Assembly (NCBI GenBank): GCA_965655095.1
Contig: OZ296655.1
Coordinates: 46,438,001-46,502,000, forward strand
Reading direction: 5' to 3'
Source of the DNA: Haplodiscus bocki
Lineage: Eukaryota
DNA: 64,000 bases
The position numbers and the translations under genes are program-made. The notes below the pieces were generated by a model. It saw nothing but the letters and a program-made list of their open reading frames with translations, made no database searches and had not been told where the DNA came from. The stretch's first letter is position 1, and each line of letters opens with the position of its first letter. Positions 20,700-34,099 of this stretch are shown piece after piece.

Positions 20700-23050
20700 C
20701 ACATTTTCAAGAGTTTAAAACGCCTGAAACAGAAAATAAAAGAACTTTTTCGCATAGACAACTACATTCCACGTCTCTTCTTGTTACAGACAAGGCATTC
20801 AAGGAATGGCTTCCATTAGTTTCAGATTGACAAACGCCTTGGAAATGGCCACGGTCAATGTGGACTTCCGACTCTTTTGATGGAAGCGCCTTACACTTAA
20901 TCAACTCGCAAATGCTGTCTTGATGAGACCTAGGGAAAATTTTTCTCCAGTTGTGTGTAAAAAAAATTAAACCAAAAAGTAATAAACCAAACATACTCAA
21001 GGAACCGGAAAACGCAAAACAGATGTGGTATGAAAAATTTGATTGACTTCGGCCAAAAAGGCACCTAAAGTCTTCCGTTGCATTATTACAAAAGTGCATT
21101 TCTGCAGTCGTGTTCGAAGTGATGCAAAACTGGTACTATGGAAAATTTATTCCCGACCCTAATTGGCAGCAATTTTTGAGCTACATAACCGAGCGGGAAA
21201 TGCTTGGTGGAATTGCTTCTTTAAAACCCCGAAATGTGGCAGGTAGGCTATCGGCATCTCTATCAGGTCTGCAGGTTTTCAAAACTTCCAAGAGTTTCAC
21301 AACAGCTACTCCAGTGGCAGAAAGTTGATAGAACAACCATCTGAGCCAGAAAAACAGTGTCCTTAGACTCAATACTGATGTGGCCGTTGTCACAAATCGG
21401 ACTCCATACGGAATCCAACTCAAAAAAAATATCATTCTGGTTGTGTAGTAGAAAACAGCACCGTTCAAATCCCGGGTAATCGGTGTTAGCTGGTCATGCT
21501 TTTTCACTGGCCTGGAACTCTTGCGCGTATTTTTCATCTCGCAGCCAATCTGCAAAACCGTCTTCCACTATCAAAGCTTTATGAGTCGCTTTGTTTCTCA
21601 AGTAGCTCTCAATGAAAAATGGTTAACAGAACAACAGAAGGTTTTATTGAAGAAATATTTCGCGCTTTCGATTATTATGGCCGATGTCGTCCCTAGAGGT
21701 TCGAACATTTCAACATGGGAAAAATTAAAAACTGGAGCTAGCAAAAAAGCAAACTATTAACGACAAAAACACTACCTGCAGTTGTAGGTGAGAAAGGGAA
21801 TGGACAGTTGCAGATGAACTGTCTTCTTCAAATTGTTTAGCTGGTTCAGGTTGGAAGCGGTGTAGGAAATCATCCCTGGCCCCTGCAAATTTCGTTGACA
21901 TCAAAAGTAGCCGTATACCATAGCTCAGTAAAATGAATTACACGCTCAAAACGTTTCTTTGCAAGATGTGTTCTGAAAAGAAGAGGTCCAATATAGAGAA
22001 GCCACATCTTGAAATTCGTGGCCTTGAAAAACGTAAGCTTGTCTAAGCTTCTAACTCTCCGCTTGAACTCTCTTGGGAGCTAAGCAGAAAAAACTTCAGG
22101 TTAAAAAAATCGGGAACGGAAGAAAAACCTAAAAACAAATGTCCACTTCTCAAACGTACAAACTCGTGAGAATCAATTTTTAAACCTTGATGTTGCGGAG
22201 AGTAGGTTTAAACTGATCCCTTTAGTCTTCACTTTCAGAGCAAAAACCTGAAGTAGCAAGGTAGTACCTCCTAGCAAAACTTGATGCATGTAGTCCATTG
22301 GCACCCTCAAGGGTAGGTTCGGCACACCATCAGTCGAATCACATCGGCCTTTGACTTCTTAATAGATCAAAGAGGAAGCAATTTCAAGGCAGGGTTCGAT
22401 ATGCCTTTTGTGCGTTACTGGATCCCTCATCGGATTTTCTTGATGAGGGTAGAAATGAATTCTGCTGTTTCTTTTGACTTTTACTAGACAAAGACTACAT
22501 CCACAAAAATCGTTTTTGATCTGCGACATTTCCAAAAGCGACGCTTTTGCGGGTAAATCAGCCACAAAAAGCACTAACTCCACCTTCAACGAGAATGATC
22601 TACCATACAGCTGAACGTCTGTTAGGTTGCCTTTCTCCAGACTCTTCCGGAGATTCTGAAAAATTTCTGATGGCGAAGACGGTGTGGAAATTTCTGAGCA
22701 CTTCAGCAAGAAACAAAATCAATATTTCGAATCTAGAAAGCTAAATTTATTTCAGAAATGTTCTCCTACAAAAGTCTTCCCAAGTCAAACCATAAAGCAG
22801 CAATCACTATTTTGTGAAAAGAACTGCGCAACACTGTTGGCAAATTAGCAATTCCCTACCGAATTGGTCAAGGATTTTTATTATCCGAAGTTATTATTCG
22901 AAGACTGTCAGAATTAAGTATCAAAACAAGTCGTGATTTACCGCTTCTAGAAGCGAAAAACTCGGGACGTTTCAAATGGCAATCGTTTTTCCTAACGGAA
23001 TCGTATTCCCAAATAGTATCGATGTTTGACTAGACAATCTTTCAAATCTC
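20700..23050 (-). pseudogene. Decayed CACTA/EnSpm (CMC) transposase
   Basis: Minus-strand motifs in expected order: GIANLPTVLR..IAALW (~22830), VADLPAKASLL..FCGCSLC (~22530), VPMDYMHQVLLG (~22290), LPREFKRRVRSLDKLTFFKATNFKMWLLYIGP (~22030). Boundaries uncertain. Confidence 0.75.
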
Positions 23051-26000
23051 GTCAATAAACCTAAATAAATGCCACTCACCAGTTTCCTCACCTACCCTCG
23101 TAAACAACATTCGAACAAAACTTTTTCCTGTAATTTTTCTTGTGTTTCTTATAGCTGCGCACTCGACAAGTTCAGAAGGATTCACTCATTTAATCATGGG
23201 CTTCCGCATCTGATGTTCCATGCCTAGCAATGATAAGATTCGTTGCGTTTATGGAAATCAAAAGCGACACGCTTTAAAGGGATTGGAATCCATGGATTTT
23301 GTCAGATGTTTATCTTCAGCGCGACAAAAAACCAATTCAATCAGCCCTTTAAGACCAATTACGATGCAACCGCTCAAGCGACGAATGGGACTGAAAACAT
23401 CCACGACGGAGTATCTGTTGACATGCCAGGAGACTCGCCAGAAACTGCTGGACATTTAGGTGAAAACATCTGGCTCGGTTGATCCAATGCATCCTCCAAT
23501 TCGATACCACAAAGGAAACTCTGCGGTCTTGAGACAAAGGGTTCTCCGGTTTCGGGGCTGCTCTCGGATCAAACGCTCGCAAATTGCCTTAAATCGCGAT
23601 CACTACTTTTCTTGCGGAACTTACACGTTTTGAAAATCCGGTTTCTATCGATATCAGCCAAGTCTCTGCGAGGAGATGAAAACTGAATGACACGGACTGG
23701 ACTAGACACTGATGGAGGAACATTATCCACTTGATCATTATCTCCGTGCGGGCATTTACAATTCCTGTTTCCTGCATCGCAAAAGGTTGGTCCGTAATCA
23801 AATGTAAGAGCCTCTCAAGCGAAGCAGTCTTTGATTCATTTCAATTTCACACATTTTGCCTTCTATACTCTGACGCTACGTGGTTGCAATTAGAGACACA
23901 TGAATGATTGGCAAAACGACAAACACCCAGCTTTACCCGGCTACTTCAACCCAGATGAGTCTGTTTGAAGATAAAAACAGATTGAACGAAGTTTTTCCTA
24001 TCTCACGCGAAACGTTCGAAAGAAACCGGTTTGGTTCCGGTAGCATACCACTTCGGAGAACTGTTTTTCCCCGATGCCAATTTTCATAGCCTACATTTGA
24101 GTTGAATTCGAAGGCAAAACTAAATTCTTGTGCTTCCTCATAGCATTGGCGGGGTTGATCGTACTGTTGAGCAAGTTATCTGCTTGCGCAAAAATTAAAA
24201 TATACCTCGGGCGAAACCAGCGGAACCGTGCAGGAAGATTCTTTTCCTGGTTTCTCAATTACTTCCTTTACAATATGTCAATCACATTAGGCAAGAAGTT
24301 CACAGTGACTTACACTGATGGAATTGCTCATTGAAATCAGCTAAAAGACATGATGGAGTGAAGATATTCGGAATCCGTCTCAACTTTTCTAACGTTTATT
24401 TACGCTCACTTTCGGAACAGAGCATGCTTCATAAATCCAGCCTTCAACAGGCCTGGCAAGCAGTTCCACTTTCAGCATGTCTTCAGAGAAAAAAATTAGG
24501 AGCAGAGCGGACATTGAGCTACCAATCTCAGTTAATCGAAACAAATAACCACCCATCCCAAGGAAAAACATTTCTGAAGAAACAGTAATCAGAACTATCA
24601 TGCAAACGTTTGTTCAGTATTGAGAATGAAATCAACGGCAGCCTAAAACAGGCATGTCGAATGAAAAATTCAATCATTTGAAATATGCAGTATGGGTGAG
24701 CTGTTGAAACGTTGCTACAAGTATAACCCACTGTCCACTTCCGTGATTTGGCTTTGATAACAATCAAGTCCCTTCTTGAGGCCCCATGTTCAAATTCTGC
24801 GAGGAAATATTGTAATTTTTGATTGAATCTTTTCATGAAGTCAAATAAATACCGAACATCGAAAATCAGGGCCAGATACACATCCAAGACCAGTCTCAAG
24901 CCACTATGAAGGTATGGTCTGAACATGAAAACTGAAATGGATGAAAACATTGTTATTTTTCTAGTAGCCTTTAGACAGGACTACAGGAAACCAATGGAAA
25001 AAATCTAAATCATACTACTCTGTCATGGAGCGGCGCGCTGTTTAGACCTATCTATATTGGAAATTAGATTTTACTTTGAAATTCGGATGGAACTCTCATT
25101 TTTTACCGGAATCTTCCTCTCCACGATGTCAAAAAAGATTCGGAATTTCGCCTTTTGAAACAAGATTGGACATTCGAAAACAATTCCCCCAACTGACATA
25201 AAGTTCCAATTTTACAGCATTTAGAATGGCAAACTATTCAGCAAAAAAAAAACAATTTTCTTCTACAACTTTTCATACAACACTTGAAACAAGGTATCAA
25301 GAAACGGTATCGCCCGGGAAAAGATGACGCAAAGAGTAACAGTTTGGTTTCAAAAACCTCGCAGTATTAAGTCATAAGCCATCAAAAACTCAAAAAACTG
25401 AACTGAGAAGGGAAACAGTCAGCAGCAACGACCTAAAAGTTTTCTCCTGCCAAAAACAAAGTATTTGATCGCTTTTCATGCAAAAATGTAGCAGGAAAAG
25501 AAACAAAAAAGCAAGTGAAATCATCCGTTCATACGCTCACCGTAGCTTATCAGAGTGCAGTGCAAAACGGAAAAAACTGGTATTCAGAAAACTTAAATTA
25601 GCTCTGTTATCATCAGCGTCGGAGCTGTCATTCATTTAACCTTCTAATTGGGATTGTGTTTGGCTGTCGTGTACGCCTCTCAAGAAAATACTAAATTGTT
25701 TTTTCTCGGAGATAAAGAAAATGATTGAAAATTGGATGATGCCACGAACTAGCAAAGGAACTACGTTTGCAACGTAAAGGGAGCGTGAAAAAATGTTTCC
25801 CAGATTATGTCATCATTTTAAAAAGTCCTACAAGCAAATTAGAGTAAGATTGGAAGCACTGTCGCCTAACATTGTCAATCGGGAATGGACTCGTGCATTG
25901 AAAACTGTTGTTTTGGGCATTCTTCCTTTCCCACCCTCATTTGTTGAAAAATCCCAAGGTTTTTGTTTCCAAAAACAAAATGAACTCCAATTCCGGGACC

Positions 26001-28062
26001 ATAGCGACTTCTATATTCACAGCCAAAGTGACTAGTGGCATTTCAGGCTTCAGAGAGAGAGAGAGAGAAGTATTTGGTGCCAATGGGTCCTTCCGGCGTA
26101 CAACTTCTGAACAAATTGCACAGGTTTGCCCGTATTCATTAAGAGAGTAGGGAGATTCATTAGCACTCATCTTCGAATATGGCACCCAAATCTGGATCAG
26201 ATTGCCCTCGTATGTCTATAGACTTTCTGCGCGCTCTTCCCATTAATGTAGTAAAGAGGAGATTTTGAGGGCGTTTACCGAAAACCTTTTCACCCTACCT
26301 TCGATCAAATTTACTCGGTCCCGGCCCAGCAAACAGAAACATTCAGTCCGCCTTTCCGTGCATAACCGGCCCTTTATCGTTTGCGTTACAGCTGTTGAGA
26401 TCCTTCCCGTGGAGAAGGAGGCCCGAGACATTTATAAATTCCCCATTATCTGTGGCAATCTAGTTCAGGAGTGACCTTAATTGTCCCTTGATGCTACGAA
26501 CTGACTCTTTGGAAAAAGACCTGGCTATTTCGCTCCCTATCTAAAAGTTGACAGAGCTTATGACCGATAAACAACTATTTAGTGATCAGCCCCAATGATA
26601 ACACTTACTCGAAATGGTGTGGCTGTTACTGGCTCCTCGTCGCTACTATTTTTTTTCGAGTTCTTAGTCGCTAAAATATTGACTGCTTTCTGAAGTATCA
26701 TCCGCAATTCTCAACTGGAACAAATCTCAATAACTTCAGGGAAAAAACAAAGCTCACATAAAATTAATTCGCGCTCGAAACATGAATTGACTTTTGAAAC
26801 AAAAATGGAGTGAAGTGACCACAATTAAACATTAGTAGGAACTAAAACTGAACCTTCCGCTGTCAACCAGTATGACAAAATGTTGTTCCGATCAAATTCT
26901 GTTACCATTCCTAAAGCAGAAAAGGAAAAAAGGGAGGCAAATTGTAGGCGAGAAGAACCTGTGAAGACTACGGAAGCAAATGCTCCAAGGAGCAACGAAC
27001 AAACCTGTACTTTGATTAGACCCTTTCAAAAATCAACTGAGTGGAGATGCGATTGATAGCATCGCTGAGAAATTACCTAGAAAAAGCTCCCAAAATGCAA
27101 TAGTTTAGAAAATGACCAATTCAATAAAAGCCTAAAAAGAACTTGTAAAAGAACTTCGAAACAAAGTGGGTTGAAGTGGCTACAATTGAAAACAACTCGG
27201 AACTCAAATTAAGAAGGCGCTGTGAATCAGCTAGAAAAAACGATCTCATCAGGTTCTATCATGGAATTCTTGAACATTCTAGAAAACGAAAAATTTCTCA
27301 ACTTGACTATATGGATCGACAAAACAACCAAACTGGCAAAGTTGAACGAATTTCGTTAATCTGTTTCAAGAAACTCCACCTGATTACTTATTGACCTAAA
27401 CAAAATTGATGAGTTGACGCCAAACGTGCTCTTGTTAATCGACTGGAAAAGATAGGCAATTTTGGAACCCTGTGGGCAAAAACGAAGTACCTCAAATGTG
27501 ATTAGACATCATCAAAACAGCCGAATCAGCTCGAGTTTTACAAAGTTTCTCAAAAAAATAAATCGGATGAATGAGAAAAAGACCGAAAATTACCTACCAG
27601 TTTGTTCTTGCTAACGTTCTGTAAAAATTTTCTGACTTGGAGGCGGCAGTGCTGCAATACCGTACACCGAAAGAGAATAACTACTGATTAAACATTCCAA
27701 ATGAGAATGTATCTGAAACTCTGTGTTCAAACTTATGGCAAAACTCTGTTTTGCCTCCTATACGAAATTTGCTTCCACAAACAGAACCAGACGGATTATA
27801 ATATATAGGAATTATTAGCCACGTAGCAAAACGAATGCAGCACGAACTCATCAGCAGCAGGTGAACATCAGAACCAAATGTCGTCCGGTGTCGAATAAAG
27901 AACGGACACGACGCCGATACAAAAATATGTTAGGCGCTGGTTCCAACAAAAGCAGCAAAAATTGACTGAGCAGACTCGACCACCAATTCATTAAAAAAGA
28001 CGAACAAAGCTTACTTCAAGTAAAACCGGGTACGGTCTAATAAACATTCTTCGAAAGGTTAG

Positions 28063-28725
28063 GGTAAAGTGGCCACAAAACAAAAGTACGACGAAATAGT
28101 GATATTATTTTCGTTGTCAACCAACTTAATGGAAAACGTTTTCTTCATTTCCGACCATGAAAGTATTTGACATTTTAGTAAACAAAAAATTCAAGTATCA
28201 GACCAAAAGGCTGTGGACTAATACATAGCACATCGAAAAACAAAGCTTCCGACAAAAATGGAAAGAGATTACAACGGGAAACTCGTGTTAAAACCTATGT
28301 AAAAACTTCGAATTAGGATCTATGAAACGATTGGCTCTACATACGAATCAAAATTATTGTAACGATTTTGCCCCACAAAACGTAACCAATGAACGCGGCA
28401 ATATCTCTTCTTCAGCAGGTTTACATAATACCCACATGTAATGAGGTGTGGCAAACGGACGTGATCACGACTACAACATTTCTATCTCCAGTTCCGTTAC
28501 TAGCACCAAAAATTGACACAAGAGATTCCACAAACAATCCATGAAAACAAACCATGACGAACAAAATACACTTCAAGCACAACCGGGTTCGATCCTCCAA
28601 GTGATTTTTGAGACAAAAGTGTGGTAAAGTGGCGGCAAACCAAAAGTACGACGCAGTCAATAAAAATTCTTTGCTATAAACCACTTGGCCAGGAAACGTT
28701 TCATTCATTTCCTACCATGAAAGCA
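28063..28725 (+). repeat. Pair of diverged ~100-bp direct repeats ~560 bp apart
   Basis: GGTAAAGTGGC..CAAAAGTACGACG....AAACGTTT..TTCATTTCC.ACCATGAAAG at ~28063 and ~28623. Confidence 0.55.
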
Positions 28726-31148
28726 ATAAACCTTTTAGATTGGAACTAATATATTTTTGCAACTAACCAACAATTCAGCTTGATTGGTCTTCACATGGAA
28801 GATTGTTGTGGGGAAAAAACTGTTACTTGATAGGGTAACCTCGCATTTTCATAATTATTTCATTTGAAAATGAGAACGTGAATGACACACCTTGAGGCTT
28901 ATTTTAAAGTGGCATGATTACTTTCAGGCATACAACAGTCCAGAACGGGCCTGCTGAAAACAATTCACTCGAAAGGAAATAGAAAAAATGTTCAACCCTC
29001 CTTAAACTGTTGAGTTGCCCTATTTCACTTTCCAGAAGTTGAGGAATCACATTTGAAGCAAACTAGAAGATCAAAACAATTTTCACGGGGGAAACTGCAG
29101 CAAGCATGACACTGGTTGAACTCTGCTTCTTTTCGAGCAAAAGAGGAACCACATGAATAGCAAGACATTTTGTTTTTCTGATCGAGTCGTACGCTTTGGC
29201 GTTTTTTGAAGCCATACCATCATTCTCGTCACGACCTGCCGTTAGAGTGCCACGAACTGGCAACAGTTTTATCATTTTCTTCAGCGGAGTTCTAAGCAGG
29301 GCGCAAAACAAACTTCATTTTTTGAAGGGCTGATGAAGGTACTTGTCTGAGATGAACGAAGAACGCTTCTTCTTGCAAGGAATTGAAAAGCTGTTTAGAG
29401 CCCATCTTCAGGCGCCGAAGTAAAATTGTTTCAAGAACATTTGTTAATTGAGAAGAGGCCTTGGAGGCGCTGAATCTTTCATTAGAATCAAGAAAGCACC
29501 TCAATTCAACATCAACCTCCTTATAAACTTTCGAAACTTTGCGGACGTATGACCTCGGCGAAAAGACTGAGAGGAGATGCAATGAAATGGAAAATTCGGC
29601 GAGAGCAATCGGGTAGCCATAACAGGCCTACCATAAATCATTGAGGTACAAAACATTTCATCGCTAGCTTGACAAGGATCCAGAGTTTATCAATCATGGT
29701 TCAACAGAGTTCTTCAGCTACCTTGTTTTCTGTGACTGCCACCGGCCAAACTGTAGGTTCGGTACTCAAAGCCTTATATCCTAAATTCATGAGAATCTTC
29801 AAAAAATCCTTTAAATGGAACAGGAAAAATCGATTCTCTGATAAATGCTTCGGCATTTTGATAAATACTCTGTGCTAAATAGCAATTTTGCCGGAAAATA
29901 AACACACCCATCAATAAAAATCTACAACTTTTCAATTACAGCTACAAACAAGTCATCACCGATCATAAGTAATTTGACAATGACCATCACGAAATTTTAC
30001 TCAGATATTCTGCGTTAAAATGCGTACTATTTATCAATTAGAACTAATGAGGGAAAGAATACACAATAACCAATAAAACACCAAAAGGAGAAAATAACTA
30101 TTCGAAAGCAGAAAACTGAAAAGAAAGCAGCAGAACAGATGAAAAACACAAAACAGCAACACATGAAAAATTGCAGAGCGTCCGGAGATACAAGACCGCA
30201 TGTGAGGATGATAGGTGGAAAATGTAAGCATCACTTGAGGATGTATTTTCAAAAAACAACCAAAGAAAGCTAGAGCTCAAAATTGTCAGTAAGAAGGAAT
30301 AAAAACAACTAAAAACGAAAGCAGCCCAACGATTAACACCTACTCTAAAAAATTATGCCCAGCTGCAGAAAAAAATGCCAGAATCTGTATGACAAAAAGT
30401 CATGAAACGAACACGTGCGGTAATTCGAAAAACTTTTCTTTTTTCCGATGGCATAGATGGTGGTCAAGAATGTCTTTCAAATTATCACTTCATGGGGTTT
30501 GGTACATAAAGATGTTCATATTTACGAGTACGCAATTAAACTTGAGGAAAATTTATCTCAGAGTTGAGACTGACCTTTTTAGCTGTATTTTTCACCATTG
30601 TAAATTATGTGGAATGTACAATGTCTCAAAATTTGCCACTTTGGCGGTTAATCACAAGTGAGAAAAGAATTTTTGATAGCAAATTCCGAAAATAATTTAT
30701 CTAAATAAAAATAGTCATTACTATATAACACCTCGGGACGCCGCCAAATTGTCCGTTCCACTCTTCGAAGGCGGTATATGAGTTTTCATTATCCTCGGAA
30801 ATTGTTAATTGGTGCTTTTGCAAAATTTCGATGTTCGAAATACTTGTCTCATCAGGTTACCATCAATGGTTTGAAGATACGAGCGCATGTATATTGCTCA
30901 AAACTGATTGGTTTCAATTTAAAGCAAAATAGTTATTATATTATCAACAAACCTTCCAGTCAGATTTGGTTTTCAAGCGGTCTTTCATTCCATCAAAATT
31001 TACCATTTGCTTCTTAACGTCTCAGCTTGAGGGAAAATATTTCATACTCTTGAAGGTCTGTAACATTCTTTTGACCACTCCGCTGATAGAAACATCGATT
31101 GCAACGTCCATCTGAACATCTTTAGGAATTTGCTGGCTTTCAGCCTCT

Positions 31149-31442
31149 TCAGCAGTTTCTGTTGGAAAGACTTGGGGTTGAGTCCTGCGATTTGAAGGAC
31201 CCGATCACACACAAGAAAAAAGCGGACGGACTTTTTACCGAAGAGAATTCACTCAGCCTCAGCTTTTGAACAGCCTGCAGAGCGACATTCTCAGGCAGTG
31301 CTTTCAAATTATCAATAACTTCATCTGAGAGTTGATTAAAGGCCAGGATTCTATTTTGACAAAGACAATCAACTGCTTCAGCTAAACGGGCGGAGCATCC
31401 CAGCCCTTGCAACAGACCATACTGTTCAAATATTTGAATCAT
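31149..31442 (-). CDS. hnRNP Q/R (Syncrip) N-terminal NURR/acidic domain-like ORF, probably a gene fragment
   Basis: YGLLQGLGCSARLAEAVD..ILAFNQLSDEVIDNLKALPENVALQAVQKLRLSEFSSVKSPSAFFLCVI matches the recalled NURR pattern (L..LD.R..D.L..F....AL..L..F...DLS.V.NKSAFL.GV) without gaps. Confidence 0.7.
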   Translation of the reverse strand: MIQIFEQYGLLQGLGCSARLAEAVDCLCQNRILAFNQLSDEVIDNLKALPENVALQAVQKLRLSEFSSVKSPSAFFLCVIGSFKSQDSTPSLSNRNC

Positions 31443-31559
31443 TGTAGCAACTTAAGTCAAGCAAACCCAATCTGAGTGAGACCATGTTTTTACTCAATGT
31501 ATTGTACTCAAAGTTGCAGGTTGAAATTTTTTCTGGCCGCACGCTTTGGAGAAAAGCAA

Positions 31560-32799
31560 AAAAATATTAGCAAAGTCGAACCTAAATTTCAACAGCAAGC
31601 TTCAGTAACTTCCCATTGCTCCGAATATTCCTTGCGTCAAAGTTTTGAGAAGTACTCAAAGCACCACCGGGATTCACACGGTCGACGTAGGGTCTTCCCA
31701 ACGGCAATTGGCCGCACTCCCCTATGTTCCTTCTTGAGTGCAAATAGGTTCGCGATAGAAAGCACTGGCGCAGTTTCTGAGGGTACGAGGATATCCAGGA
31801 TGACATTAATCAGAGACGTGATGGCAGTTAAGGCTTGTTTCCAGCTTCACTCGCAGCCCGCGAAATGCAGTCTTTTAGATGTTGGGGCTGCAGTCCTGAT
31901 GGGCCACCGGCTGACCCGGGTGCAAAGCTGTTGATGGCGTCTCTGACCAATTCAATTGACTTTTGGAGGGGGTCAATATCATCGCCTGGGGTTGAAAAGG
32001 GCATTGGGAGCTTCTGGATGCTTGGTCTTCAAAACCTCAAGCGACCGTATGTTGGGTTGCTCCGTCTCATCCGCGGAAGAAGCAATGTAGACAGCTCCTT
32101 GAATGTTGCCTTCATCGATTTTCGAGGATATGAGATCCGGTAAAGAGCTCCTCTTCTTTTTCTTGCTAAACTTTCGAGCTTTGTGAGCACCCAGTAAGCT
32201 CTTCAATTCTTCATTTTGGCAGAAGTTGCCGATTTGTCCGTTTACAAGGCTGGCAAGAGAAGTCTTCTTCTGTTGTCCCGCACGTGGCGGTTTTTCAAGC
32301 AGACTTTGGGCATCAAAAGAAGTCGCCGCCAATTATCGACATCAGAAGCTTTTGATATGATTTTGGATATGGTGCTACCTGAAGAAAGAGCAAAATTAGT
32401 TCTGGATGCTTTTAGAATAACTTTGAGTACCTGATGCTGGGCAGTCCGGATATCCTCTAATATACTCGTAGCTGAAGGTTCGGGTGTTTTCCTGACAGGA
32501 TCTAATATGTTCATATTTTGGATGCCCTGTGTTAGTCCGGACGACTGGCCAGTACCATCTGGAATGTCAACTTGCAAGGGCTGCGATGATGGGGGATTGG
32601 CTAAATGCGCCTGTACATCTGGGTGCTGCAGGCAATGGGGACAAGTGAAGGGCTTCTTGTTATGCTTTGCAGATTTTAGACCGGCACATGTCAAATGAAG
32701 ATATCCACAAAAGTCGCACCAAAAGGTTTTGTTTCGGCCGTCAAATTTCACAGGACAGTAGGTGCAGTCCTCTTGGCTAGGTCCAGTCGCACCCCTCAT
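31560..32799 (-). mobile_element. CRE-clade non-LTR retrotransposon, 5' part only: PHD finger and start of RT
   Basis: C4HC3 finger CTYC..WCDFCGYLHLTC..FTCPHC; IDEGNIQGAV, LKTKHP, GSAGGPSGLQPQHLKD, GVRPIAVGKTLRR across frameshifts. Confidence 0.8.
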
Positions 32800-33199
32800 T
32801 TAGAGGGAGTATTTTCAAAAAAAAATCAAAATAATATTCTGAAGAATAAAAAAAATAATTTGAATAAATATAAGGATCTCTTCTGTTTACTACCCCCTCC
32901 CCCTCGGTTGCTATTCACCAGTCCGAAAATGAAATTTTTTTCCTATGAATCCGAAAGATTTGTTGCTGGTCAGTATTGAAAACAGTGTGCATTTAAAACC
33001 TCAAAACAGAGCCTCTAAGGGTTGTGCGGTTTCATCCGTGTCCTCGCTTTCCTCACAGATACTTACTTGGAGCTGGCAAGTGGAATTGAACATTCAAGTT
33101 TTTGATTTTCGGACTCATGAGAATTAAAGAATAATTTCGGACTCATGGTCTTTCCGACTCGTGGGGACACACTTCCCGCTACCCACTGATTTAACTCAA

Positions 33200-33250
33200 C
33201 CCCACCCCCTCCCACCCCCCCCCCCCCACACACACACACACACACACACC
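33200..33250. repeat. C-tract plus (CA)n microsatellite
   Basis: Directly visible. Confidence 0.9.
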
Positions 33251-34099
33251 ATAATGGATATGCGAAATAATAGGCGGCCTAATGTTTTATCTCACGCGCG
33301 ATTTTAGCAATTTTAGCCAATCAGAGACGAGTTTGCTTCTTCGTGGGGGAAGGGGGAAAGGTTGTCAAATTTCTCGTTATTACAGGTTGGGGGTGAACAG
33401 AATCATATAGCATAAACTATTATAACAAGATATAAACATTTTTTTTTCCTGGAAAGTACTTTTGCAACTGTAGTATTTTTCATTCTTTGCAATTATTCCA
33501 GTTTTTTTGGGGTAGGGGGGAAGAAAAAAAACATCATCGGAGCTGCGTTATTTATTTCGGAAACACAAGTAGTTTTCGATAAATTCAAAAAAGTACATTA
33601 AGTTTCATTTTCCTTTAAATATCTCGCGGGCATCATAAAACCTTCGTACAAGTCGAACTGGCTACGACGAAATATCGGCTGTGTGAAATCATTTATTTTA
33701 TTTCGTCTGTTTGGAATTTCGACGCAGTAGCAATTCTCCCAATTTTCATTGGATAATACAAATGGTGTGGTTTCAACTGAAAAATTCTCTCAGCCAACAG
33801 GATTTCTTGTCAGAGTCAAGGGAACGAAAATTTATTTTATGAGTGATGATACTTCGTAGTAACGGGAAGTCACCATTTCTAGACTCCATCTGATCTGACT
33901 GAATTGACGAATCAGCGACGATATTTACAAGCAGATTGTCGCTCGTTCTTGACACATATAAATTTTGGCAGCCAAAATTTATTTAAACCCACAAAAAACC
34001 CAACAACTTCCTACCTTGCAAGCGGCTGCAGGATACATGGTGACGAAAAATGTGCCAGGCCTATCTGGACGCCTAGTCAACCTTCATCTTAAATGTTGT

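Noticed and set aside
23100-30800. Further genes of one large CACTA element
   Set aside because: Coding-like fragments exist (24528-24950, 25900-26470, 29060-29880) but no motif or terminal repeat could be identified.
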